DNA of 64,000 nt from Alphaproteobacteria bacterium (GTDB lineage Bacteria; Pseudomonadota; Alphaproteobacteria; UBA828): NCBI GenBank assembly GCA_963422645.2, contig CAXXVO010000011.1:32001-96000 (forward strand), given 5' to 3'. The notes under the pieces were generated by a model that ran no database searches, was not told where the DNA came from, and saw only the letters and a program-made list of their open reading frames with translations. A program made the position numbers and the translations under genes. How positions within the stretch are numbered: the stretch's first letter is position 1; every line of letters starts with the position of its first letter. Of this stretch, positions 1-9,530 are shown in pieces.

Positions 1-430
1 GATTGCCCGCCTGGTAGTGCAGCGTCGCCGAGAGACCGTCGATCTTGGGCTCGCCGTAGAGCACCACCGCCTCGTCGTCGCCCAGGTTGAGGAAGCGCCG
101 GACGCGGCCCTCGAACTCGGCCAGATCGTCGTCGTCGAGGGCGTTGCCGAGCGAGAGCATGGGCCGGCTGTGGCGAACCTTGGCGAAGCTCGACGAGGGC
201 GGTGCGCCGACGCGCTCGCTCGGGCTGTCGCTACGCTTGAGATCGGGAAAGCGCGCCTCAATGGCCTCGTTGCGCCGCCGCAACAGGTCGTACTCGGCGT
301 CGCTGAGCTCGGGCGCGGAGTCGTCGTAGTAGAGCAAGTCGTGGCGCTTGATCTCCTTCGCCAGCCGCTCAAGCTCGCGTTCCGCCGCGTCGCGGGTGAG
401 CTCCTCGGGCGGTGTCGTCTCGTCGCTCAT
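1..430 (-). CDS. ligA: NAD-dependent DNA ligase, N-terminal part (runs off window)
   Basis: Manual translation from ATG at 430: MSDETTPPEEL...HDLLYY...ELSDAEYD...HSRPMLSLGNA...EPKIDGLS (KxDG adenylation motif); ATGA overlap with recN stop. Confidence 0.95.
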   Translation of the reverse strand, partial: MSDETTPPEELTRDAAERELERLAKEIKRHDLLYYDDSAPELSDAEYDLLRRRNEAIEARFPDLKRSDSPSERVGAPPSSSFAKVRHSRPMLSLGNALDDDDLAEFEGRVRRFLNLGDDEAVVLYGEPKIDGLSATLHYQAGN

Positions 431-2097
431 GCGCTGGCTCGAGATAGCAGACTGTCCGCCGCGGCGCGCGCCTCCTCGGTGACCTGCGCGCCCGACAACA
501 TGCGCGCGATCTCCTCCTGCCGCTGATCCTCCGTCAACAGTGCGACCCGTGCCGTGGCGCCATGCTCTTCCTCAGCTCTGGTGACCCGATAGTGATGGTC
601 GCCGCGCGCCGCGACCTGGGGAGAGTGAGTAACCACCAGAACCTGAACATCCTGCGCAAGCCGCGCCAGGCGCTCGCCGACGGCATCGGCGACCGCGCCG
701 CCGATGCCGCGATCGATCTCGTCGAAGACCAGCGTCGAGAGACCCGCCGCGCGCGCGAGGCAGACTCTGAGCGCGAGCAGGAGCCGCGCCCGCTCGCCGC
801 CGGAGGCGACCTTCGCCAGCGGCTGCGGCTCCGCCCCGGGATCGGGGGCGAGCATGAAGCGGCCGCGATCGATTCCGGTCCGGCTCTCTGCCCCCTCGGC
901 GACCGGGGCTAGCGCCGTGCTGAAGTGCGCGCGTGCGAGCTTGAGCGGAGCGAGCTCGCCCGCCACAGCAGAGTCGAGCGCACGCGCTGCGCACTGGCGG
1001 GCGCTCCTCACGGCCTCGGCCTTGTCGCGGTATGCCCGATGCGCCGTCTCGGTCGCCGTTCCGAGCGCTGCGAGGCGATCGGCACCGCCTTCGATCAAGT
1101 CGAGTTCGCCCCGCAGCCTTATCAACAACGCCGGCAGGGAATCGGCCTCGGTGCGATGCTTGCGCGCGGCGGCTCGTAGCGAAAAGAGGCGCTCTTCCAC
1201 CCTTTCGAGCCGCCCGGGGTCCGTGTCGAGCGCCTGTTGCGCCGCGCCCAGGGCGCCCTCCGCCTCCTCCGCCTCGATCGCCGCCCGCTCCAGCGTCTCG
1301 AGAAGGCCGTCCAGCGCTCCGGCCGCGACCGGGGCGACGCGCTCGATTTCGCGGCGCGCCGCCCGGAGGCGAGCGCCCACGCCGCTCTCCCCGGCGATCC
1401 CGGCCGACGCCGCATCCAATGACTCGGCAATCTTCTGGCCGTTCAGCAGCATTGCGCGCTCGGCGGCGCGGCGCTCTTCCTCGCCGCTCTCGGGTGCGAG
1501 CGCCTCCAGTTCGGAAACCGCGTGCCGAAGATACTCCTCCTCCCGCCGCGACGCCTCCCGCGCAGCCTCCGCCTCCTGCTCTTCCGCCTGGGCGGCCCGC
1601 CATGCCGCATGGTCGGTTGCGAGGCCTTCCCGCTCCTCCCCGTGCCCGGCGAAGTCATCCAGCATGGCGAGGTGCTTCGCGGGGTCGAGCAGCCCGCCCT
1701 GCTCGCTTTGGCCGTCGATTTCGACCAGCAGGCTGCCGATTTTTCTCAGCAGGGCGAGTCCCGTCGGCGTATCGTTGACGAAGGCGCGGCTGCGCCCGTC
1801 GGCGCCGATCACGCGGCGCAGCAGGAGCTCGCCGTCACGGTCGAGGTCGTGCTCGGCCAGCAGAGCACGGACCGGGTCTGCGCCGTCGATGGCGAACACG
1901 GCGACGATGCTGGCGCGTTCGCTGCCGCGCGCCACGACTCCCGACGTCGCTCGCGCACCGAGCGCGAGCCCCAGGGCATCCAGCAGAATCGACTTGCCGG
2001 CGCCCGTCTCTCCCGTAAAGACCGCCATACCGGCGGCGAGGTCGATATCCAGGCTGCTGATCAGAACATAATTGCGGATCGAGAGGCGCCGAAGCAT
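427..2097 (-). CDS. recN: DNA repair protein RecN
   Basis: TGETGAGKS Walker A, coiled coil, ASGGE signature, VFDEID; bamD-recN-ligA context. Confidence 0.96.
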   Translation of the reverse strand: MLRRLSIRNYVLISSLDIDLAAGMAVFTGETGAGKSILLDALGLALGARATSGVVARGSERASIVAVFAIDGADPVRALLAEHDLDRDGELLLRRVIGADGRSRAFVNDTPTGLALLRKIGSLLVEIDGQSEQGGLLDPAKHLAMLDDFAGHGEEREGLATDHAAWRAAQAEEQEAEAAREASRREEEYLRHAVSELEALAPESGEEERRAAERAMLLNGQKIAESLDAASAGIAGESGVGARLRAARREIERVAPVAAGALDGLLETLERAAIEAEEAEGALGAAQQALDTDPGRLERVEERLFSLRAAARKHRTEADSLPALLIRLRGELDLIEGGADRLAALGTATETAHRAYRDKAEAVRSARQCAARALDSAVAGELAPLKLARAHFSTALAPVAEGAESRTGIDRGRFMLAPDPGAEPQPLAKVASGGERARLLLALRVCLARAAGLSTLVFDEIDRGIGGAVADAVGERLARLAQDVQVLVVTHSPQVAARGDHHYRVTRAEEEHGATARVALLTEDQRQEEIARMLSGAQVTEEARAAADSLLSRASA

Positions 2098-2106
2098 CTG
2101 CCCGCG

Positions 2107-2943
2107 TCAGAACACGTCGCCGAAGACCCGGCTGATCCAGGACTCCTCGTCGACCTCGGGCTTGAGATCGGAGTCGACGAGCAGGGCATAGCTGTGCTGG
2201 TACCACCGGCTGCCCGGGTAGTTGTGGCCGAGGACGGCGGCCGAGGTCTGCGCCTCGTTGGGCACGCCGAGCGCCAGATACGCCTCGGTCAGGCGGTGCA
2301 GCGCCTCCGGCGTGTGACTCGTGGTCTGGTATTGTTCGACGACCATGCGGAAGCGCCCGATCGCCGCGATGGGGTTCTCGCGGCGCAGGTAGTAGCGGCC
2401 GACGGTCATCTCCTTGCCGGCGAGATGATCGCGCGCCAGATCGATCTTGAGGCGGACATCGCGCGCATAGACGCTGTCGGGAAAACGGCGCGCCACCTCT
2501 TCCAGCGCCTGCAACGCACGCGCCGTCGCCCCCTGATCGCGGCCTACGTCCGAGATTTGTTCGTAATGGGACATGGCGACCAAGTAGTAGCCATACGCGG
2601 CGTCGCGATGGCCCGGGTGCAGCTCGACGAAACGTTCGGCTGCGGCGATGGCCTCGTCGTAGCGATTGCCCTGGTAATAGACGTACGCCGACATGATCTG
2701 CGCCCGCGTCGCCCACACGGAATAGGGGTGCTGGCGCTCGACCTCGAGGAAGCCCGTCGCAGCGTCCTCCAGGTCGTCGTCCAGCAGGCTGTCCATCGCC
2801 TCGTTGTAGAGCTCCTCGACGGAACGTTCGACGTAGGCCCCCTCGTCTCCCGTCGCACAGCCCACGAGCAGTGCCAAGACCAGCCCGATCGACGCTACAA
2901 GCGCCACCGGGGTGGCGGGAACCAACGTGCGCATTCGCCTCAT
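2107..2943 (-). CDS. bamD: Outer membrane protein assembly factor BamD
   Basis: Lipobox LVGC, ERQHPYSVWA, RDQ, LAGKEMTVGRYY, LGHNYPGSRWY. Confidence 0.95.
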   Translation of the reverse strand: MRRMRTLVPATPVALVASIGLVLALLVGCATGDEGAYVERSVEELYNEAMDSLLDDDLEDAATGFLEVERQHPYSVWATRAQIMSAYVYYQGNRYDEAIAAAERFVELHPGHRDAAYGYYLVAMSHYEQISDVGRDQGATARALQALEEVARRFPDSVYARDVRLKIDLARDHLAGKEMTVGRYYLRRENPIAAIGRFRMVVEQYQTTSHTPEALHRLTEAYLALGVPNEAQTSAAVLGHNYPGSRWYQHSYALLVDSDLKPEVDEESWISRVFGDVF

Positions 2944-4361
2944 GACTGGCCTTGCCCCTCATGCTCGACCAACTCGTCGGCCGGCTCTTCAATACTCTCC
3001 TGCCTCGCGGCTTCTTCGGCGGCGGCGGCAGCGGCGGCCTCCGCGATGCGGTCTTCCCGCACCTCTTCCAACGCCTCCACCAGATCGCGCGTGATCTGCG
3101 GTACCATGCGCAGCCCATTCTCCCTCAAGAAATGCCCGGTCGCCTCGATAGTGAGCTGGCCGGCGACTCCGTCCACCGCCGCATCATAGTATCCCAGCGA
3201 CTTCAGCAGCCGTTGCGCGTAAATGGCGGAATCGCGGAATCCGTTCGCAGGCCTCGGCAGGGCAACGCCGAAAGTGGGCTCCTCCGCTGCGTCCTCGGCG
3301 TCTGCTTGGGCCAGGAACTCGGTGCTCAGCGAATCCGCCTTGGCACGCTCCTGCGGCGATATCAGGCGGCTGAGCCGGTCGCGGTAGTTGATCGCATCTT
3401 CGCCGGCGGGGCCTTCGGCATGGGCGGCGAGGCTGAACCAGGCCATCGCCCGGATCAGATCTCGCTCGACGCCGAGGCCATTGGCATAGAGAAGGCCGAG
3501 GCCGTTCTGCCCCAGCGCGTCGCCCTGCACGGCAGCGGCCTTGTACCAGTGGTAGGCCTGTTCGAAGTCACGGGTCACGCCCCGGCCGAGGTAGTGAAGC
3601 GCCGCCAGATTGCTCTGGGCGATGGCGAGACCCTTGCGCGCCGCACGGCGGTACCACACGACCGCCTTGTCGTAGTCCCGGACGCCGAGCAATCCCTTCT
3701 CGTAGATGAAGCCGAGATTGTTCATGGCCCGCGCCTCGCCGGCGTCGGCGGCGCGAGTGTACCACTCCCGCGCCTGCCCGATATCCCGCGGTGTACCCAG
3801 CCCTTCGTCGTAGAGGGTCGCCAGATTGTACTGGGCGTCGGTCAGGCCCTGCTCGGCCGCGCGATGGTACCAACCCGCAGCCGTCGCATGATTCTGGGTG
3901 ACTCCGAGCCCGCGGTCGTAGGCGACGCCAAGCTCGTACTGGGCCTCGGCGAGACCGCGCCGCGCGGCGGTTTCGAGAAGCTTGATCTGCTCCTCATCCG
4001 GCTCGGGCTCGAGCACACCCGTGCGTTGCAGACGCGCCAATGCGAGCCGGGCAAGGTCGACCCGTCGCGATGCCGCGGCGCGGTACCAGCGCGCCGCCTG
4101 CTCGGCATCAGCTTCCACGCCAAGGCCGTTCTCGTAGAGCGTACCCAGGTTGAACTGCGCGTCGACGTCGCCGGCGTAGGCGAGCGTGGACCAGATGGCG
4201 CGGGCCGCGCCGTAATCTCCCTGCCGAAACGCTTCATAGGCCTCGAAGAAGTCCGCCGCCGCTGCCTTCGGTGTGGCGCATGCAGACATGCAAAGCGCTG
4301 CCGCCCCCACGCAGGCAGTCAACGCGAATGTCCGGAATGCTCGCAAGGAGTCGCGGTCCAT
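2940..4361 (-). CDS. Sel1-like repeat protein with C-terminal peptidoglycan-binding-like segment; possible lipoprotein
   Basis: Repeated AQ(F/Y)NLG.LY..G.GV...A..WY..AA units; AQRLLKSLGYYDAAVDGVAGQLT resembles PG_binding_1; ATG 4361 preferred over GTG 4427. Confidence 0.85.
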   Translation of the reverse strand: MDRDSLRAFRTFALTACVGAAALCMSACATPKAAAADFFEAYEAFRQGDYGAARAIWSTLAYAGDVDAQFNLGTLYENGLGVEADAEQAARWYRAAASRRVDLARLALARLQRTGVLEPEPDEEQIKLLETAARRGLAEAQYELGVAYDRGLGVTQNHATAAGWYHRAAEQGLTDAQYNLATLYDEGLGTPRDIGQAREWYTRAADAGEARAMNNLGFIYEKGLLGVRDYDKAVVWYRRAARKGLAIAQSNLAALHYLGRGVTRDFEQAYHWYKAAAVQGDALGQNGLGLLYANGLGVERDLIRAMAWFSLAAHAEGPAGEDAINYRDRLSRLISPQERAKADSLSTEFLAQADAEDAAEEPTFGVALPRPANGFRDSAIYAQRLLKSLGYYDAAVDGVAGQLTIEATGHFLRENGLRMVPQITRDLVEALEEVREDRIAEAAAAAAAEEAARQESIEEPADELVEHEGQGQS

Positions 4362-4457
4362 GCCGTTGGCGGAACCCGATCGTTGCTGCGCGGCGCACGG
4401 CGCCGCAGCCCCTGCCTCACCTTGCACGCCTGTTCTCGATCGTCAATAAACTGTTGC

Positions 4458-5240
4458 ATGCGCCTGCGGATATTCCAGATCGATGCGTTCGCCGATGCGG
4501 TGTTCGGCGGCAATCCGGCTGCGGTGTGCCCCCTGGAATCGTGGCTCGACGATGCCAAGCTGCAGGCCATCGCGAACGAGAACAACCTGTCGGAGACCGC
4601 TTTCTTCGTGCCGGATAAGGGTGCCTATGCGTTGCGCTGGTTCACGCCCTTGGCCGAAGTCGATCTGTGTGGTCACGCGACCCTCGCCAGCGCCTACGTC
4701 GTGTTCCATCATCTGCAGCGTGACGCCGATTCGGTCGCCTTCGAGACCAGGAGCGGCCGCCTCGAGGTGACCCGCGGCGACGACGGTCTCACCATGGATT
4801 TCCCGGCGCTGGCCGCGCACCCCGTCGAGTCGCCGGCCGGCCTTGCCGAGGGTCTCGGTGCCGCGCCCGAAGCAGTGTTTGCCGACATGGACTATCTCGC
4901 GCCCTTCGAAACCGAAGCCGAAATCAGAGCGATCCAGCCCGACATGACGGCGTTGGCCCGCCTCGACGAGCGGCGCGGGGTCATCGTGACCGCGCCGGGC
5001 GAGAGCGCGGACTTCGTCTCGCGCTTCTTCTGCCCCCGACTCGGGGTTCCCGAAGACCCGGTCACCGGGTCCGCCCATTGCATGCTCGCGCCGTTCTGGG
5101 CGGAACGCCTGGGCAAGACGGTCCTTCACGCCCGTCAGGTCTCGGCGCGCGGCGGGGCGGTGCGGTGCACGGTCGCAGGCGACCGTGTCCGGCTCGCCGG
5201 CCGCGCCGTGCAGTATCTCGAGGGGACGATCGCGGTCTGA
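4458..5240 (+). CDS. PhzF-family isomerase
   Basis: FQIDAF...GGNPAAV, NNLSETAF, EVDLCGHATLA, EDPVTGSAH; real start is ATG 4458 inside the longer ORF. Confidence 0.92.
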   Translation: MRLRIFQIDAFADAVFGGNPAAVCPLESWLDDAKLQAIANENNLSETAFFVPDKGAYALRWFTPLAEVDLCGHATLASAYVVFHHLQRDADSVAFETRSGRLEVTRGDDGLTMDFPALAAHPVESPAGLAEGLGAAPEAVFADMDYLAPFETEAEIRAIQPDMTALARLDERRGVIVTAPGESADFVSRFFCPRLGVPEDPVTGSAHCMLAPFWAERLGKTVLHARQVSARGGAVRCTVAGDRVRLAGRAVQYLEGTIAV

Positions 5241-5272
5241 GCCCGAGAGGCCTGTACCGACCGTTCCGCCCC

Positions 5273-6433
5273 ATGAAGCCCAGCGTCCGTCCCGACAACC
5301 CGCTCTTCTCCTCCGGGCCCTGCCCCAAGCGCCCCGGTTGGTCCGTCGACGTCCTTTCGGGCGCGCTCCTTGGCCGGTCTCACCGGGCAAGAGAGCCATT
5401 GGCGCGGATTCAGGAGCTGCTGGAGCGCTCGCGCGCGCTTCTCGGCCTGCCGGACGAGTGGCGCATCGGGATCGTGCCGGGCTCCGATACGGGCGCCATC
5501 GAGATGGCCATGTGGTCGCTGCTCGGCCCGCGTGGAGTCGACCTTCTGCGCTGGGACAATTTCGGCGCGCTCTGGGCTTTTGACGGCGAGCGCGAGCTGC
5601 GCCCGCTGGATGCACGGGTAATCGACGCGCCTTACGGCCGCCTGCCCGATCTCGCGCAGGTCGACCCGAAGCGCGACACGGTGTTCGTCTGGAACGGCAC
5701 CACGTCTGGCGTACGGGTGCCTGACGCAGAATGGATCGCCGCCGACCGTGCAGGGCTCACGCTCTGTGACGCCACCTCCGCCGTCCTCGCCTATCCAATG
5801 GACTGGACCAAGCTCGATGCGACCACCTACTCGTGGCAAAAGGTGCTGGGCGGCGAGGCCGGGTTCGGCATGCTGATCCTGGGTCCTCGGGCGGTGGAGC
5901 GGCTGGAGAGCGAGGCGCCGCCCTGGCCGGTGCCCCGGGTGTTCCGGCTCACGTCCGGCGACGGCAGGCTCAACGAGGGCATATTCCGGGGCGAGACCAT
6001 CAACACGGTCTCGATGATGGCGGTCGAGGATGCGCTCGACGCGCTCCGCTGGATCGAATCGATCGGCGGCCAGCACGGCATGATCGCACGGTCACAAGCC
6101 AATTTCGGTGTCATCGATGCATGGGTCGCCGAGCGCGAGTGGGTCGACTTCCTGGCGGAGGCGCCGGAGACCCGCTCGCACACATCGGTGTGCCTCAGCA
6201 TCGCCGACCCCTGGTTCAACGACCTCGGCACCGACGAGCAGTGGGACGCGATCAAGCTCATGTGCGCGCTGCTGGAGTCGGAGAGCGCCGCATATGATAT
6301 CAAGACCCACCGGGCCGCTCCGCCGGGGCTTCGCATCTGGTGCGGCGGTACGGTTCAGCGCGGCGATCTCGAAGCACTGACTCTGTGGCTCGATTGGGCC
6401 TGGGACGAGATGCGCCGGCAGGGAGCGGGCTGA
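5273..6433 (+). CDS. serC: Phosphoserine aminotransferase (alphaproteobacterial type)
   Basis: FSSGPCPKRPGW, GSDTGAIE, WNGTTSGV, DATSA, SWQKVLGGE; directly upstream of serA. Confidence 0.92.
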   Translation: MKPSVRPDNPLFSSGPCPKRPGWSVDVLSGALLGRSHRAREPLARIQELLERSRALLGLPDEWRIGIVPGSDTGAIEMAMWSLLGPRGVDLLRWDNFGALWAFDGERELRPLDARVIDAPYGRLPDLAQVDPKRDTVFVWNGTTSGVRVPDAEWIAADRAGLTLCDATSAVLAYPMDWTKLDATTYSWQKVLGGEAGFGMLILGPRAVERLESEAPPWPVPRVFRLTSGDGRLNEGIFRGETINTVSMMAVEDALDALRWIESIGGQHGMIARSQANFGVIDAWVAEREWVDFLAEAPETRSHTSVCLSIADPWFNDLGTDEQWDAIKLMCALLESESAAYDIKTHRAAPPGLRIWCGGTVQRGDLEALTLWLDWAWDEMRRQGAG

Positions 6434-6460
6434 ACCGCCCAGCCGCAGGGACCGGACGCG

Positions 6461-8041
6461 ATGCCGAGAGTCCTGATAGCAGACGAGGTCAGCGAGGTCG
6501 CCGTGCAGGCGTTCGCAGAGCGCGGCATCGAGGTCAGCGTGCGACCGGGGCTCGCGCCCGCGGCGCTGGCCCAAATCATCGGCGACTATGAGGGCCTGGT
6601 CGTCCGCTCCGCGACCAGAGTGACCCCGGACCTGCTGTCGCAGGCGATCCGGCTCAAGGTCATAGGCCGGGCGGGCACCGGCGTCGATAACGTCGACATA
6701 GACGCAGCAACCAAGCGCGGCATCGTGGTCATGAACACGCCCCACGGCAATTCCGTGACCGCGGCCGAGCACACCATCGCCATGATGTGCGCGCTTGCGC
6801 GGCGCATTCCGCAGGCCGACCGCTCCACCCGCAAGGGCAATTGGGAGCGCGGCCGTTTTATGGGCGTCGAGCTTCGCGACAAGACGCTTGGAGTCGTGGG
6901 CTGCGGCACCATCGGCGCCATCGTCGCGACCCTCGCCCAAGGGCTCAAGATGCGGGTCATCGCCTTCGACCCCTACCTCGCGCCGGACCGCGCCGCCTCC
7001 CTCGGCGTGGTCCTGGCGACGATGGACGAGTTGCTCAACGACGCCGACGTCATCACCTTGCACGTCCCGCTCACGGACGAGACGCGGGGGATCATCGACG
7101 CCGACGCGCTGGCCAGGACCAAGCCGGGCGTTCGCATCGTGAACTGCGCGCGGGGCGGGCTGGTCGTGGAGGCGGACCTCATGCGTGCCATCGAGAGCGG
7201 CCATGTGGCAGGCGCGGCGCTCGACGTGTTCGAGGAGGAGCCGGCGCAGGAGGACAACCCGCTCTTCGCCCTGGACGAGGTAATTGCGACCCCTCACCTC
7301 GGCGCCTCCACGGTCGAGGCGCAGGAGAATGTGGCGCACCAGATCGCGCAGCAGATGGCCGAGTACCTGCTGACCGGAACGGTCCTGAACGCGGTCAACA
7401 CGCCCTCGGTCGCGCCTGAAGACTTGGCGAAGCTCGGCCCCTACCTGACCCTGGCCGAGCAAATTGGGAGCTTTGCCGGCCAGATCGCTGAAGGCCGCAT
7501 CCGCGGCGTCACGGTCGCCTACGAAGGTCAGGCCAGCGCGCTCGATTCGCGGCTGCTCACCGCCGCCGCCCTCCAGGGCCTGCTCGCCCCGCGTCTGGAC
7601 AATATCAACATCGTCAACGCCCCCTTCATCGCCCGCGAGCGCGGCATCGCGGTGCGCGAAATCAAGAGCGCGACGACGGCGGATTATCAGACCCTCATGC
7701 GCGTGGAGGTTCTGTCGCAGGATCAGCCGCAGGCGGTGGCTGGCACGCTCATCGGCCGCGGCGGGCGGCGAATCGTGGAAGTCGAAGGAATCGAGGTCGA
7801 GGCCGAGCTCGGCCCGCACATGCTCTACTTCACCAACGAGGACAGGCCGGGTCTGATCGGCACGGTGGCCACCGTCCTCGGCGAGGCCGGCATCAATATC
7901 GCCACCTTCAACCTGGGGCGCAGGGAGCCGGGCGGCGATGCGATCGGCCTCATCGGCGTGGATTCGGTGGTGCCCGACGACGTGGTCGCCAAGCTGCAGG
8001 CCCGCGCCGCGGTCATCGACCTCAAGCGCCTGAACTTCTGA
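6461..8041 (+). CDS. serA: D-3-phosphoglycerate dehydrogenase
   Basis: GRAGTGVDN, GCGTIG, NCARGG, TPHLGAST, C-terminal ACT domain. Confidence 0.95.
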   Translation: MPRVLIADEVSEVAVQAFAERGIEVSVRPGLAPAALAQIIGDYEGLVVRSATRVTPDLLSQAIRLKVIGRAGTGVDNVDIDAATKRGIVVMNTPHGNSVTAAEHTIAMMCALARRIPQADRSTRKGNWERGRFMGVELRDKTLGVVGCGTIGAIVATLAQGLKMRVIAFDPYLAPDRAASLGVVLATMDELLNDADVITLHVPLTDETRGIIDADALARTKPGVRIVNCARGGLVVEADLMRAIESGHVAGAALDVFEEEPAQEDNPLFALDEVIATPHLGASTVEAQENVAHQIAQQMAEYLLTGTVLNAVNTPSVAPEDLAKLGPYLTLAEQIGSFAGQIAEGRIRGVTVAYEGQASALDSRLLTAAALQGLLAPRLDNINIVNAPFIARERGIAVREIKSATTADYQTLMRVEVLSQDQPQAVAGTLIGRGGRRIVEVEGIEVEAELGPHMLYFTNEDRPGLIGTVATVLGEAGINIATFNLGRREPGGDAIGLIGVDSVVPDDVVAKLQARAAVIDLKRLNF

Positions 8042-8101
8042 CAGCAGCGGACCTTCGGCTTAGCCGATGGGCCTGCGGCAAGGAAACGACGGATCGACGA
8101 C

Positions 8102-9508
8102 ATGGGCCTCGGGCTGACGATCATCGCCATCGTGCTGGCGGCTCTCGCGGGCGCGGTGGTCTGCTTTGTCACACTCGTGCTCCCATCGACGCGGAGAGCG
8201 GCGCGGGAGCGGGAGGCGCGTGCAACGGAGACCGCCCGCCTCGCTGCCGCTGCCGAGCGTGTGCCAGGGCTCGAAGGAGAGAACACCACGCTGCGAGACC
8301 GGCTTCAGGACATCGACAGGAAGAAGGCGGCGCTCGAAGCGGCGTTGGAGGCAGAGCGCAAGAGCCACGAGGCGCGTGTCCAGGAACTCACGCGGATGGG
8401 CGCCGAGCTCGAGAAGAAGTTCGCGGGCCTGGCCTCGGAGGTGCTCGGCAAGAACAGCGAGAGCTTCCTGAAGCTCGTGAGCGAACGGTTCGAGAAGCAC
8501 AGCGCGGGCGCCAAGGACGACCTGGAGAAGCGCCGCGTCGCGATCGAGACCCTGGTCAAGCCGCTGGGCGAAAGCCTTACCAAGTTCGAGCACAAGGTGG
8601 ACGCGATCGAGAAGGCGCGCGAGGGCGCCTACCGGGCCATCAGCGAGCAGGTGAAAAGCCTGGCGGAGGGGCAGACGGGCCTCCGCACGGAAACCAGCCG
8701 CCTCGTGCAAGCGCTCCGGCGGCCCCAGACCCGCGGGCGCTGGGGCGAGTATCAGTTGAGGAACGTGCTCGACATGGCGGGCATGACCGAGCACGTGGAC
8801 TTCGTGGAGCAATCGACCATCGAGGGCGAAGAGGGCCGGTTGCGGCCGGACGTGATCATCCGCGTTCCCGGTGGCAAGTCGATCATCGTCGATGCGAAGA
8901 CTCCGCTCGACGCCTATCTCAGCGCCGTGGAGGCGCCCGACGAAGAGGCGCGCGAGCGCTTCATCGGCGATCATGCGCGCCAGGTCCGCGACCACGTGCG
9001 CGCGCTCTCATCGCGGGACTACTGGAAGGCCCTGCCCGAGACGCCCGAGTTCGTCGTGATGTTCGTGCCCGGCGAATCATTCTTCACCGCAGCGATCGAG
9101 AGCGATCCCGAGTTGTTCGAGAATGCCGTGCGCCAGCGGGTCCTCATCAGCACACCGACCACCCTCATCGCGCTGGTAAAGACCATCGCCTATGGCTGGC
9201 AGCAGGAGAAGCTGGCTGAGAACGCGCAGGTGGTGGCGTCTCAGGGCCGCGATCTTTACGAGCGGATCAAGGTCTTCGGTGGGCACATGGGCGATCTCGG
9301 CAAGTCACTGCGGCAGACGGTGGACCGCTACAACAAGGGCGTAGGCTCGCTCGAGAGTCGCGTGCTACCCGCCGCGCGCAAGTTCGAGACGCTGGGCGTT
9401 ACCCCAGCCTCGTCCTCGATCCCGACGCTGGAGCCGGTCGAACTCGACCCCCGCGAGGCTCAGGCGGAGGAGCTGGTCGAGCCGCCGGCCGAAGAAGCGG
9501 CCGAATGA
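8102..9508 (+). CDS. rmuC: DNA recombination protein RmuC
   Basis: N-terminal TM, coiled coil, RGRWGE, RPD, IVDAK, FVVMFVPGE, TPTTLIAL. Confidence 0.93.
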   Translation: MGLGLTIIAIVLAALAGAVVCFVTLVLPSTRRAAREREARATETARLAAAAERVPGLEGENTTLRDRLQDIDRKKAALEAALEAERKSHEARVQELTRMGAELEKKFAGLASEVLGKNSESFLKLVSERFEKHSAGAKDDLEKRRVAIETLVKPLGESLTKFEHKVDAIEKAREGAYRAISEQVKSLAEGQTGLRTETSRLVQALRRPQTRGRWGEYQLRNVLDMAGMTEHVDFVEQSTIEGEEGRLRPDVIIRVPGGKSIIVDAKTPLDAYLSAVEAPDEEARERFIGDHARQVRDHVRALSSRDYWKALPETPEFVVMFVPGESFFTAAIESDPELFENAVRQRVLISTPTTLIALVKTIAYGWQQEKLAENAQVVASQGRDLYERIKVFGGHMGDLGKSLRQTVDRYNKGVGSLESRVLPAARKFETLGVTPASSSIPTLEPVELDPREAQAEELVEPPAEEAAE

Positions 9509-9530
9509 CGTTCAACAGAGACGGCTCGTC

